From: Octopus vulgaris
Taxonomy: Eukaryota
Length of the DNA stretch: 64,000 nt
Direction: 5' to 3'
NCBI GenBank assembly: GCA_951406725.2
Contig: OX597820.1
Location: forward strand, 55,676,001-55,740,000
Both the position numbers and the translations under genes were made by a program. This document shows, one piece after another, positions 52,181 through 64,000 of the stretch. The notes beneath the pieces are model-generated. The model was not told where the DNA came from, ran no database searches, and saw only the letters and a list, made by a program, of their open reading frames with translations. The stretch's first letter is position 1; each line of letters starts with the position of its first letter.

Positions 52181-52556
52181 ATATATATATAAACTATAAA
52201 CACACCACTTCTGTTATATTGGGTCATAACTGTTTACATTCGCCCACTGTTTATATGTTTCTGGTGCTCAGCTTTAATGAACTCCATTCATTAAAACCAC
52301 ATTCAGCATCTTCCTCTCCTTGAAAACCACTTGAATGTGGATAGTACTACTTATGCTGTATTGACATAACCAGTTGATGAGTTGTGTTTTCACCTTCCCA
52401 CACTGACACCACCACCACCACCACTGACTCCCACTCTGTTGCAGCAAATACTAATGTACAATTATTTATAGTTACTTCAAAGGAAGGTTTTACTCTCACA
52501 GAAATGACTGAATGACAGTCGTTGTTCTTGTTGTTATTATTATTGTTGATAATTAA

Positions 52557-52761
52557 CCCTTTAAAATTCAGATTAAATAATGTTTATTTATTCACATTGT
52601 TTTGAATTAATTATGCATTATATTGTAGCTTTGTAATTCTTTTGATGTGATTGTTTAATTTTATGACATGGTAGGCTAAGTGTGAGGAGCCACATCTGAC
52701 CAGTTCAAACATAAAACACAAAAATTTTGAGCCAGATATGACCAGATTAATTGCTAAAGGG
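52557..52761. mobile_element. piggyBac-like MITE
   Basis: TTAA|cccttt...taaaggg|TTAG. Confidence 0.7.
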
Positions 52762-53853
52762 TTAGCCTTATGTCGACCTTGAATAATCAAACATTTTATC
52801 TAAGGCATTTCAGCCATCACCATAATGGAGGCACATGGCTTAGTAGTTAGGGTGTTGGACTCATGATTGTAAGATTGTGGTTTCAATTCCTGGACTGGGC
52901 GATGCATTGTGTTCTTGAGTAAAAAAACTTCATTTCATGTTGCTCCAGTTCACTCAACTGTAGAAATGAGTTTAACCTGGAGAGGGATTGGCTCCACCAG
53001 GCTTTTTTGCCCTAGATATGTTGCATGGCTGCAGTGTCCAAACGACCCTCAGGGGGTTAAGGGACTTGTCAAATTGTCATCCTAACTGCTTTTGTTATAT
53101 AATGTACCTTGAATAACACTACCCAATGTGGCTTTTCTGTTTTTTTTAAAATTTTACTTGAAGGATATTTTGCTGGCATTTCTTGCAGATTGAGCAGCCA
53201 CATAGAGGCTCTCTTGTTGGTTCAAATGGTTGAATGCGTATGCATAGTTAAGGCGTTTACATTTTAAAATAAATTGATGTGTAAAGAAAATAATTAATGA
53301 AAAAAATAAATAAAACACAGCAATGTGTTTCTAATAATTCAGTTCTGTACAATGAATGATGGAGATTGGGGACTAAAGAAATTTCCCAGATGATCATAAA
53401 TGACTATAATACAATAGACATACTGCATTATTTGTTTCAACTTCAGAATTTTTCAGTTCAACATATACTAAAAGAAAAGTGCATAGAGGATTGTGTTTCA
53501 GTTAGTAAATATAAAACTAACCTGTCATTTAAATGTGTCATTGAAATTTTTTCTATATATAAATGCTCGACACACACCCTGTTTTATTATTCATGGGAAG
53601 CAATGAAAAATGTAGAGACTCAATATGATGATGTGATTGCTAAAAATAATATCCAAATCTCCCAGTGTGTGTGTGTGTGTGTGTGTATATGCCAATAAAC
53701 ACATTTGTTAGGATGAATATTACCAACTAATTTGCTACATTCTTATGTTCACTGCCCATACAGGTGTAGGGAAGGTTTAGACAATAGAATCCATCCCAGT
53801 AAAATGCAATGGCTGTGTATAGAATATATCACCTCTGACAAAATATACCTATA

Positions 53854-54288
53854 CTAGCACTATGACCCAATCAAAATGCCCGAAACTTGATACGCCAATT
53901 GAATGCCTGCTAGCTGTATGTGATTGTATGCTGTATGTGTTGCCGGGTCATAGTGCTAGTGCATGCATATACAGCTGCGTGTGTGCGCACATACACACGA
54001 GTACTGTCCAAATCTCTGACCAATCACATACAGATAGCTGGCATTCAATTGGCGTATCAAGTTTCAGGCATTTTGATTGGGTTTTGGATAGAAAATTCAC
54101 AAAAAAGTAACTTCTATTAATTTTTTAATGGCTTTGCGTGGTGACTGGGGAAATGTAAAGATGTGCACAACAACCTTTGGACGGTTTTGAATGACCATAG
54201 AAAGTGCAAGCCCTCTAACTGAAAAATTGTGGATTTGTATAAAGGACACGTGCACACACACACATTTTGCCATTTATATATATAGAGA
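53854..54288 (-). mobile_element. Non-autonomous Helitron with rearranged 3' end
   Basis: Minus-strand 5' a|TCtctatatatataaatggc; 3' gggtcatagtgCTAG|t; internal inverted copy of the 3' end. Confidence 0.7.
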
Positions 54289-54303
54289 TTATATAAAACT
54301 ACC

Positions 54304-54351
<48 letters not shown>

Positions 54352-55010
54352 CAAAAAGAACAGAACAAGAACATAATGGATGACAATGAAAACATATGGA
54401 CAGATGGACGATACAAAGTTGGACAGGAAAATCAGGACGGAACATTCATGGCTTTCTATTCATCAATAAATATATATAATCAGATATCAGAAAGCAGAAC
54501 CAAAATTGAGGTCGATCAACATCAGTGGAAATTGCAACTCTGGTTAAGCGAACCATCCGAGCGTGACCGTTGCTGGTGCTGCCCCGTCTGGCCTCTGTGC
54601 CGGTGGCACGTAAAAGCACCATCCATTCGTGTCCGTTGCCAGCCTCGCCTGGCCCCCGTGCCGGTGGCACGTAAAAGCACCATCCGTTCATGGCCGTTTG
54701 CCAGCTCTGTCTGGCACCTGTGCGGGTGGCATGTAAAAAGCACCCACTACACTCACGGAGTGGTTGGCGTTAGGAAGGGCATCCAGCCGTAGAAACACTG
54801 CCAGATCAGACTGGGCCTGATGCGGCCTTCCGGCTTCACAGACCCCAGTTGAACTGTCCAACCCATGCTAGCATGGAAAGCGGACGCTAAATGATGATGA
54901 TGATGATGATATATATATATACAGCTGAAATTTATAGAAAAGTAAAAGATGAAGACAGGTGTATGAACAACAAGCAGGTGTATTAATTTAACGCTCAGGA
55001 AAATGAAAAA

Positions 55011-55050
55011 GTCTTTTATGTTTTGAGCTTACGCTCTTCAACAGAAAGGA
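55011..55050 (-). ncRNA. Decayed CUGUUGA hammerhead motif
   Basis: Minus strand: cttt-CTGTTGA-a-gagc-gtaa-gctc-AAAAC-ATA-aaag; GAAAC and GT lost by CpG-type G>A changes; flanks 54920-55010 are homologous to 31046-31143. Confidence 0.5.
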
Positions 55051-56014
55051 ATAAGAGAAAATAAACAGAGAGAGAATGAAAAAAAACTTGAAGATTTAGC
55101 GGTCAGGCATGGTGAATGATTAGAAAAAAAGCTTGAAAGAAAGAGAGATAATAAAGTGCTGGTGATCCTAAATGAAGATGCGTGTGCATGTGTGTGTATC
55201 TGAGAATGGTGTGGGTAAGATGAGACAAGTGACTCTATTGTGTATGAGTGTGCATGTCTGTAATGTGTATGTGTTGTGTGTAGCAGTTCAGGTGTATGTT
55301 TTCACATGGTGTATTTACATATGTGTGTGTTTATGTGACCAAACAGTGTGCATGTGTATGGTGTATATATGTGTATATATGAGAGAAAATCAGGGAAGAA
55401 ATGAAGGAGGTAAGGCTACAAATACAAGTGAGAGGGCGAGAGAGAAAAAAGGGGGAAATTGTCATGCTAGAAATAGAAGTAAGAGGGCGAGAGACAAAAG
55501 GGGAAAGAGTGTATATTCTGTGTGACTCTACTCTTGCTTTCACTCTTTCTCCTTTTTTCGCTTGCCCTCTTACTTCTATTTCTAGCCTGTTCACTTCCCC
55601 CTTTTTTTCCCTCTCTCTTGCAGATTCTAGATGTGTTGCTTTTACATACTAAATGTGCTTGGTAGTATATAAGGTGGGGGTTAATGGGCAATGTAATCTG
55701 AAAGCTTTGTTGATGTAATTGAGTGTTAGAACGGTGCAGGTGGGGTGTTTTTTTGTTGTGGAAACCATTATGTATTTTTGTGCAATGATCAGAACTGAAT
55801 GTAGCCCTCTCTCTCTCCTTTGTTGTCACTTTGATTTACTGCTGGGTAGAAATCTCTCTTCATTTCATGTTGCTCCAGTCCACTCAGCTGTAGAAATGAA
55901 TTTAGCCTGGTGAGTGATGGGTTCTACCAGGCTTTCTGTCCTTGATATGCTGCATGGCTGCAGTGCCCCAACGACCCCCAAGGGATTAAGAGACTTGTCA
56001 AATTATCAATGGGT

Positions 56015-56060
<46 letters not shown>

Positions 56061-56099
56061 TCTGTGTCTGTTCACAACTATATAGGTACCTAAAACAGG

Positions 56100-56760
56100 A
56101 ACAAAAACATGGTGTATAAGAAGGAAATTTTTTTTCTGCTGCTAACTCACAACAGCTGAGAGATATTGGTGAGTGCAGTGATTTCTTCAGGTTTTATGTG
56201 TTTTTGGTATGGTTGTGCTTTTGTCAAGCCCTTAACCTTCTGCATTTTCAGATTTCTCAATTACTTTTTGAAATGAGAACTTGAAGATATTGATGAATTC
56301 ACTAATTTCTTCTGGCCCTTGGTATTGTTGATGTGCATTTGTAATATTGCCAGACCATGAGATTTTAGGGCTTTACAATGTCTTTATACAGATTTTCTGG
56401 TGTCTAATAGAAGGATGGGGTTAAAGTCATGATCTAGGTGAAAGATGTGTTGTTTAACTTTTGTGTTTGTGTAGTTTTTGATAGATGGTTTTAAAAATTG
56501 TTTGACAAGGGAGTTTGATTGCTATTGCATGTGAATATGCTACTTGCAGTCATTACTACAATGTATGAATTAGTATGACCATTGTATGACCATTGTAAGA
56601 TTTATTGATACTGTTAATTTGTATACAATTTTGCTACTTGTTCTATGGTTTCTATTGGATACCAATGTTTGCTAGTGTTTTTTTCTTTCATCTTTTTGTT
56701 TATTTTCTTTATTTCTTTTAGTTACTTCATGCTGTGTTGCTATGATTTCAGTTGTGTTGT
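56100..56760 (-). mobile_element. Very old Penelope-like relic
   Basis: Minus-strand remnants such as YSHAIAIKLP and *L(F)NPIL resemble YIH..SNHP and WFNPP; weak. Confidence 0.3.
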
Positions 56761-58767
56761 GATTAACTCTCTCCTTGCCAATTTCGTGTGTGTTGCATAG
56801 CTACACTGGGTTTCTGGACCAAATCTCACTAATTTTTTTAAAAAGGAATGTTTTGTGTCAGAAAATGTGTTTTTTTTTCCATGAAAACACATATTTGTGG
56901 CCCTAATCCATCTGGTTGATTGGGAGAGGTCTGTCTATATTCCGTTGGGTAGCACCATCACCAAAATGGTGGGTTCATTTCATTTATTGAAGCTCCTCAT
57001 TCATCATTATCTAACTTAATAGTATGAACTGCACTGCTCTACACACTCATGTCATCCTGTTCAAGTCCATTTTTGCTTTCAAAATCACTATCATTACCAT
57101 AATTATCCCCCTGTTCACTTACCAGAATCTAAAATTTGGGCTACAACTCAATAAGTGGACCATTTTTGGTGATTTGGATCTACAAAAATCAAAACAGTTC
57201 ATACAGACATACTGGTGTATCAACCATAGGCTCTGAATGGTCTGGTAGTTAGGTGACTTGTTTATACACAAGGACATTTGGCAGCTGAGAGATCAGCCAC
57301 TTGCATTGTGGGTTCTCAACAATTTGACTACTCTTATCAGAGGGTTAATGTTGTCTCTAGTTGATGTCAGATTGGCTGTTAAGAGCAGTGTGAGGATGGA
57401 ACATGCTTCCATTTCTGTATTTGTTTTGGCACGTAAAAAGCACCATTCGAGTGTGGTCAGTGCCTGTGCTGCCTGACTGGCCTCCATGCTGGTGGCACAT
57501 AAAAAGCACGCACTACACTTGGAGTGGTTGGTTGGTGTTAGGAAGGGCATCCAGCTGTAGAAACCCTGCCAGATCAGATTGGAGCCTGGTTCAGCCTCCT
57601 GGCTTGTCAGTCCTCAGTCAAACCATCTAACCCATTCCAGCAAGGAAAGTGGACATTAAACAATGATGATGATGATAAGATAGTTCCTACAGGGAAGTGC
57701 AAAAGCTACTTTCCATTTCAAAACTAAATTTTCTAATTATAAAGTAAAGACATTTTCCAGTTAGATATATTTATTTTAGAATTGAAATTAGTTTGAATTT
57801 ATTGTGAAATGTAAAAAATAATAAATGCGCCCTTTTAAAGCCTAGCCAGGCTCTTGGACCCGTTTTCCCAGTTTCTATAGTGTATGTATTCCCCAGCTGG
57901 ATGGGACGCCAGTCCATCACAGCATTACTCATTTTTGCCAGCTGAGTGGACTGGAGCAACATGAAATGATGTGTTTTACTCAAGAACACAACGCATCGCC
58001 CAGTCCAGGAATCGAAACCACAATCTTACAATCTTGATGCCGACACCCTAACCACTAAGCCATGCACCACCTCCACATTATGAAATGTAACATTACTCAA
58101 ATGCCTTCCATTTTCAGTTTTATATAGTTGAATCCTTTTTAGGCAGTGTTCCAACACAACTCAAACTGTATCTGGTTCCAATACTCTAATTGCTTTTAGA
58201 ATGTTATTCTTCAGTTTCTGGCATATTTGCAGCTTGTTTACATAGGCTATTTCTTTAAGATAATTCCAGTAGTGTTGGATGGGGTATGGGAAGAAATTAG
58301 GTGCAGACAAATCTAGAATGGAAAATGAATTTTGAATCATACTGTACATCAGTTTTGTTTGTTGTTGTGTGCATATTGTAATGATGATGATGATAGTGAT
58401 AGTTAGTTAAACATAAAACTGATTTGCATATTAATTCAGATATGCAAACAAAAACAGCTTTCAGTTTAGTAAAGGACCAAGTAAAACTCAATTAACAAAC
58501 AATTATGTTTAATTGACCCTGTATGTAACTCTGCACACTTTTAACTTTGGGACAATTCCAGTCCACGCAGTTTTGATGTGTACTTTCCATTAGTGATCAC
58601 CATTTTGTCCCATTTTCGCAGTCAGTAAATTTGAGAACTGAATGAACATAACGTAATCTCATTCCCCACTTTCTTGAATAAGTTTTTGTTTTTTAATTCT
58701 AAACTGGTAATTTCCATAGTTGGTAGATGGGTGAGTTGGTGGGGGTGAGATGTTTGCTTACTCTCTT

Positions 58768-59155
58768 TTCTCTCTCTTTTACTTGTTTCAGTCATTTGAC
58801 TGTGGCCATGCTGGAGCAAATCGACCCCAGGACTTATTCTTAGTAAGCCTAGTACTTATTCTGTCAGTCTCTTTTTGCCGAACTGCTCAGTTACGGGGAT
58901 GTAAACAAAGCAGCATCAGTTGTCAAGTGATGTTGGGTGGGGGGCAAACATAGACACACAAACATATACACACACATATATATATACAACGGGCTTCTTT
59001 CAGTTTCTGTCTACTAAGTCCACTCACAAGGCTTTGGTCAGCTCAAGGTTATATATAGTGGAAGACACTTGCCCAAGGTGCCACGCAGTGGGACTGAACC
59101 CAGAACCATGTGGTTGGTAAGCAAGCTACTTACCACACAACCACTCCTATGCCTA
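58768..59155 (-). mobile_element. SINE family A
   Basis: Reverse complement of the consensus. Confidence 0.85.
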
Positions 59156-60079
59156 TGCTTGTGTAGAATAGAAAATGATGTATCTTTAATTAGCAAGGTG
59201 ATGTATGTGGTTTTGGTAGTGAGGTTGTAAGGCTGATGAGGTTTGTAAAGTTGCAATGCTGCTGTATTTTCTCTAATCTTATCTGTATTGTTTTTATATC
59301 TAGCTTTGTTGCTATTGTTTAGAAGACCTTGATGAAAAGCACTGTAACTGGAGCCACCATGTTTTATCTGTACAACTAAATAATCCTATGTGCCCTTCTT
59401 TTTAGGACTACATTTATTCAGTGTGTCCTTTTTCCTTTTAAGCCAGCAGAGGCTTCTTTGTTGGCTGACAGGTGGAAAGTGTTTGGGAGCGGGGTAGCAA
59501 AAATAGTACTGGGAGGTGATAAAAGCTTCACACATTTTTATTCTCACATACATGCATACTCGTATGTACACACACACACAGACACACATACACTACTGAA
59601 AAATGTGTAACTAAGCATCAGATTTGTTATTTCAAATGTTACCTTTTGTGGGTCATCTCCCTCACTCTCCCCATACCCCTAAACTAGTCAAATACACTCT
59701 AGTTGCATTGTTCCTATATCTAGAAAACTAGGTCAGAATAATTTTGAAATTTAGAGTAGAATGATTTTGGAGGATGAAGAATTAGGAGTTGTAGCAGCAG
59801 CAGTAGTTGCAACAGTTTATTGTTTACCCCCAGGTCAACCTATAATCAGAAGTAATTCCAATCATGACCTATCATTTTATGCAATGTAATATGTCCTTAT
59901 TAAAGACAGTAGCATGTGATTTAAGGGAAATGGGCTACTGCTTCTAGCAGGTTGAATGGCCAGTCCGGAAGGACATTGTAGAATTGGTTGGTTCCCTCCA
60001 ATTGTCATTACAGCTAAGATGTTACTTGCTTACTTAAGCCCTTTGCCTTCCAATGGAGCATTCAACATTTATTCGTTTA

Positions 60080-60290
60080 TTCTTTTACTTGTTTCACTCA
60101 TTTGACTGCGGCCACACTGGAGCACTGCCTTGAAGGGCTTTACTCGAACAAATCAACCCCACAACTTATTTCTTAAACTTAGTACTTATTCTATCGGGGT
60201 CTTTTGCTGAACTGCTAAGTTATGGGGATCTAAACACACCAACACTGGTTATCAAGTGGAGATGAGGGAACAAACACAGGCACAAAGACA

Positions 60291-60328
<38 letters not shown>

Positions 60329-60483
60329 ATGGGCTTCCTTCAGTTTCTGTCTAGCAAATCCACTCATAAGGCTTTGATCAGCCTGAGGCTATAGAAAAAG
60401 ACACTTGCCCCAGATGTTGTGGGACTGAACATGGAACCATGTTGTTGGGAAGCAAGCTTCTTATCACAGAGCCATGCCTGCAC
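60080..60483 (-). mobile_element. SINE family A (diverged)
   Basis: Reverse complement of the consensus with many CpG>TpG changes. Confidence 0.8.
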
Positions 60484-60519
60484 CATTGGCAACTTTTCTC
60501 CATCTTTTTGACTATGGAC

Positions 60520-60803
60520 TGTTTTCCTGGTGGTCAGATGGAGAGTCAGCTTCACAATTTCCTTTCAGATTGTGCAGCACCAAATGCGATCCTCTCTCTG
60601 GTCTTGTTGGTTTTGGACCATAACCAATGCTTCAGTAACCTTGCTTTCTTCTAGGTAGGGATGTTGGCCCATTTTTACATATGGAGGAAATGTGGTCCAT
60701 ATTAGTCTGGCCTCTGACCTTTGACCCATCCAGCATGAGGGGTCCTACCAGGAGCTTGCTTCTGGGTCATTAAGAGACATAAGGCACCACATCACAACAA
60801 GGA
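60520..60803 (-). mobile_element. RTE LINE 5' UTR relic
   Basis: Minus strand ccttgttgtg..aatgacccaga..aagctcctggtagg..catgctggatgggtcaaagg..gaggccagactaa matches the typical RTE 5' end. Confidence 0.55.
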
Positions 60804-62438
60804 CTGTGCAAATTACAGGAACACACACACATATATATGTAGAAGGTTGAAGAGTAACATATGAGTTAATATGTTCAAGGAAAATAGGACAAAGTAGAAA
60901 TTGCTATATTGCCCCCTGACTGATCCTGTGCTGGTGGCACATAAAAAGCTCCATTCAAGTGTAGTCGTTGCCAATGCCACCTGACTGGCCCCCGTGTTGG
61001 TGGCACGTAAAAAGCATGCACTACACTCTTGGAGTGGTTGGCATTAAGAAGGGCATCCAGCTGTAGAAACCATGCCAGATCAGATTGGAGCCTGGTGCAG
61101 CCTCCTGGCTTGCCAGTCGTCAGTCAAACCATCCAACCCATGCCAGCATGGAAAGCGGACGTTAAAAGATGATGATGATTTATATATGTATCATTTTGCT
61201 GCTTTCAAACATTGATTTCTGGACAAGCTAGTCCTCCTTTCTAGAGCATCAACTTCAGGATTAGACTACAACTTGTATCAACTTCCAGATATCTCTGTAT
61301 GTGTGGGAGGGGAATGTGTGTGTGTGAGAGAGAGAGACATACAGAGAGATATACTTGTAGACATAGACAGAGAGAGAGAGAGAGACACACATGCACACAT
61401 ACACAGACTTTGTTGAAAGAGGTCCTGTTTACATGTATCTCTGTAGAAAAAAAAAAACTTTGGAATTATTGCCACTGTCTCCAATAGATGCCATAGCCAC
61501 TAGTGTCCACTTAAACTTGACCAACCACAGATGTCTAGGTGACAGATACCTAGGTAGCCTTGCTTCTGAAAAGTGCCCAATGTCATAGGTTACAATGACA
61601 TTAAAAGTGCCCCTTACCTTCCCACCAGGTTATCTGTCTGACATAATCCTGACCCCTCTCAACTATCATAGATACTTAGCGTTGAAAACTCAGAAGCTTT
61701 TGACAAACCAATTCTGTAAACTCTTTCTCTCACTTTGTTTCTGTTTCTTTCTTCTTTTTTTTCTCTCTCTCTCTCTTTCTCTGTCCTTGTATTTTTCTTT
61801 TTCTATCCTTGTTTGTCTATCTCACTTATTCTCTGCTTGTCTCTTTCTCTCTCTTCTTCTCTATGCATCATTGTCTGCCTGTCTCTCCCTCTTATTGTCT
61901 GTTTATCTACTCTTTCTCTCCTTACATGTCAACCTTTCTTATCTTTGTCTGTCTCTCTTGCTCTTTCTTTTTCTTTCTCATTATTTGCCTGTCTATCCCC
62001 CTCCCTCCCCCCTCTCTCTAGCTTAACTGTCTCTAACCCCTTGCAACTATTCACACTGACCAGCTGTGTATCTATATATCCTATACATATATATACAAAT
62101 GAAATAAGTAACCAGTTGCTTGAAATCTTCACCAAATGAGTAATTAACTCTTATTGATTTAAAGAAAAGTCAGAGGAAATGGCATATGATGTTGTGACAG
62201 TCATGCTGCCTTCACCCATTAGTGGAATCTAACTGGAGCAGAGGAAATGAGGGAGAGAGGAGGGGGCAGATCAAAACCTGATTGTTGAGTTGTCTTGCAG
62301 AGGAGTTAGTGGGTGTGTGATATCTTAACTTGTACCCGGGTCTACAGTTTCTAGGTACAGTTTATAAATAAAATCTGCACAGTACTTTTCAGCCCATTCA
62401 GCCCATATGTCATATACACCTTTGACACATATACACAT

Positions 62439-62475
<37 letters not shown>

Positions 62476-62817
62476 CTATTCCTAAATATCTCCCCTCTTA
62501 CACTCCAGGTGGGTTGGTATATTACATATGCAGTGGGGTGGGGGACGACTTTTCAGTTATTTTAGAAATGAGTAATGCTGTTTCTTTTAATGTTGTCTTT
62601 GCGGATGTCATTGCTTTTGTTACTATTAGTGATGATGTTGTTGTTTGGTTTGTGAGGTGTGGGGATGGAGTCAGCCTTGATCCCCCTTGTAGATTATATG
62701 ATCAAAAAAAATATAAAGAAAGGATTTATTTTATCTTATGCTCTACTGGTTCTGCCTATCCCAAGTCTGAGTTAGCTCACTGGCCCATACAGAGTTAGCA
62801 TTGTGACACATAGAGAA

Positions 62818-62866
<49 letters not shown>

Positions 62867-62923
62867 GCACGCATATACACAATCCCCAATAACCTAAACT
62901 GGTTACTTATTGAGCCATGAAAA

Positions 62924-62983
<60 letters not shown>

Positions 62984-63560
62984 AGAAACTTTGCCAGATC
63001 AGATTGAGCTTGGTGCAGCCTGCAGCTCACCACTCCTCAGTCATACTGTCCACCCAAAGCAGATGTTAAACGTTGATGGTGATTGTAATAATATATATAT
63101 ATATATACATACATACATGTAATGTCAACAAGAAACTATGACATTACAACCAGCCAGAAACAGTCTTTGCTACATTTGCGGTACCAGGATAGGACTACAC
63201 AGCCACAGCAGGAAATGTATCAGGACATGAAATGTAAAAGCTGGACTAGACTATTTTATGCGCAACTCCATTGTCTCCCGAGACAAAAAGGATGCCAACA
63301 ACATAAACATAAAAACATAAATACATATTTATAACATATGAATTGCCAATAATATTTTTGCAAATAGACATGAAGCCTTAAGAAAATAGTTATGTAAGAT
63401 ATTCAAAAATAACATTTTCATAAATAAATATTATGACATTTAATTTATTATGCTAAAATATTTGTAAAGCAACCCCAACAGCAACGACAACATCTCTACC
63501 ATCAGTCAAGGAAGTCTCAATGTGAAACGTTCAGGTTGCTGAAAATAGCTGCTGTTTCAA

Positions 63561-63781
63561 CCCATTTAGCAATCACATTAATCTGTCAAATGTGATGCTT
63601 ATTTATTCCCATTGTTTTAAATTAATCATGCATTATCTTGTAGCTTCAAGATTTTGATGATGTAATTGTTTATTTTTAGAATGACATTGTAGGTTAGGTG
63701 TGAGAGGCTAGATCTGGCCAGTTTGAACATAAAACATGTAAAATATTTGGGCTTGAAGTGGTTGGTTTAAATGCTAAAGGG
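63561..63781. mobile_element. piggyBac-like MITE
   Basis: ccc.tttagca...tgctaaaggg|TTAA; homologous to 8872 and 52557. Confidence 0.7.
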
Positions 63782-64000
63782 TTAACTAAGGGAAGGTCAC
63801 ATGAGGTAATGTAGTCCTATATACATTCTGAGTTCGAGTTCTGCTGAGGTTGACTTTGTCTTTTAACCTTATGGAGTTGATGGAATAAGTACTAATCAAG
63901 TTTTGAAGGCATGTGGCTTAATGATTAAGCTGTTAGACTCATGATTGTAAGGTCTGGGGTTGATCCTTGGTCTTGGTGGTGCATTGTCTCCTTGGGCAAG

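Overview
AT-rich, repeat-saturated eukaryotic DNA with no confidently identifiable host protein-coding exon. The SINE families, dense microsatellites and RTE/CR1/Penelope relics resemble an octopod cephalopod (Octopus-like) genome; this is inferred from repeat recognition, not from a database search. Almost all ORFs in the track are microsatellite or SINE artefacts. Real coding signal is limited to decayed transposon fragments: a Merlin-like and two Tc1/mariner-like transposases, a Helitron Pif1 helicase, Penelope RT/GIY-YIG, an RTE and a CR1-like RT. Structurally defined non-autonomous elements include MITEs with 9-bp, 8-bp, TA and TTAA target-site duplications (TSDs), three Helitrons, a solo LTR and a TRIM-like two-LTR mini-element. 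The most notable signals are: (1) several type I hammerhead ribozyme motifs, including an intact minimal one in a ~205-bp element bounded by (TA)n, a CUGUUGA core variant in two copies, and one with a long stem II hairpin; (2) the TRIM-like element with unexpectedly divergent LTRs; (3) SINE concatemers under one TSD; (4) an inverted RTE nested in a MITE. All alignments and folds were done by eye, so coordinates of degenerate elements are approximate.
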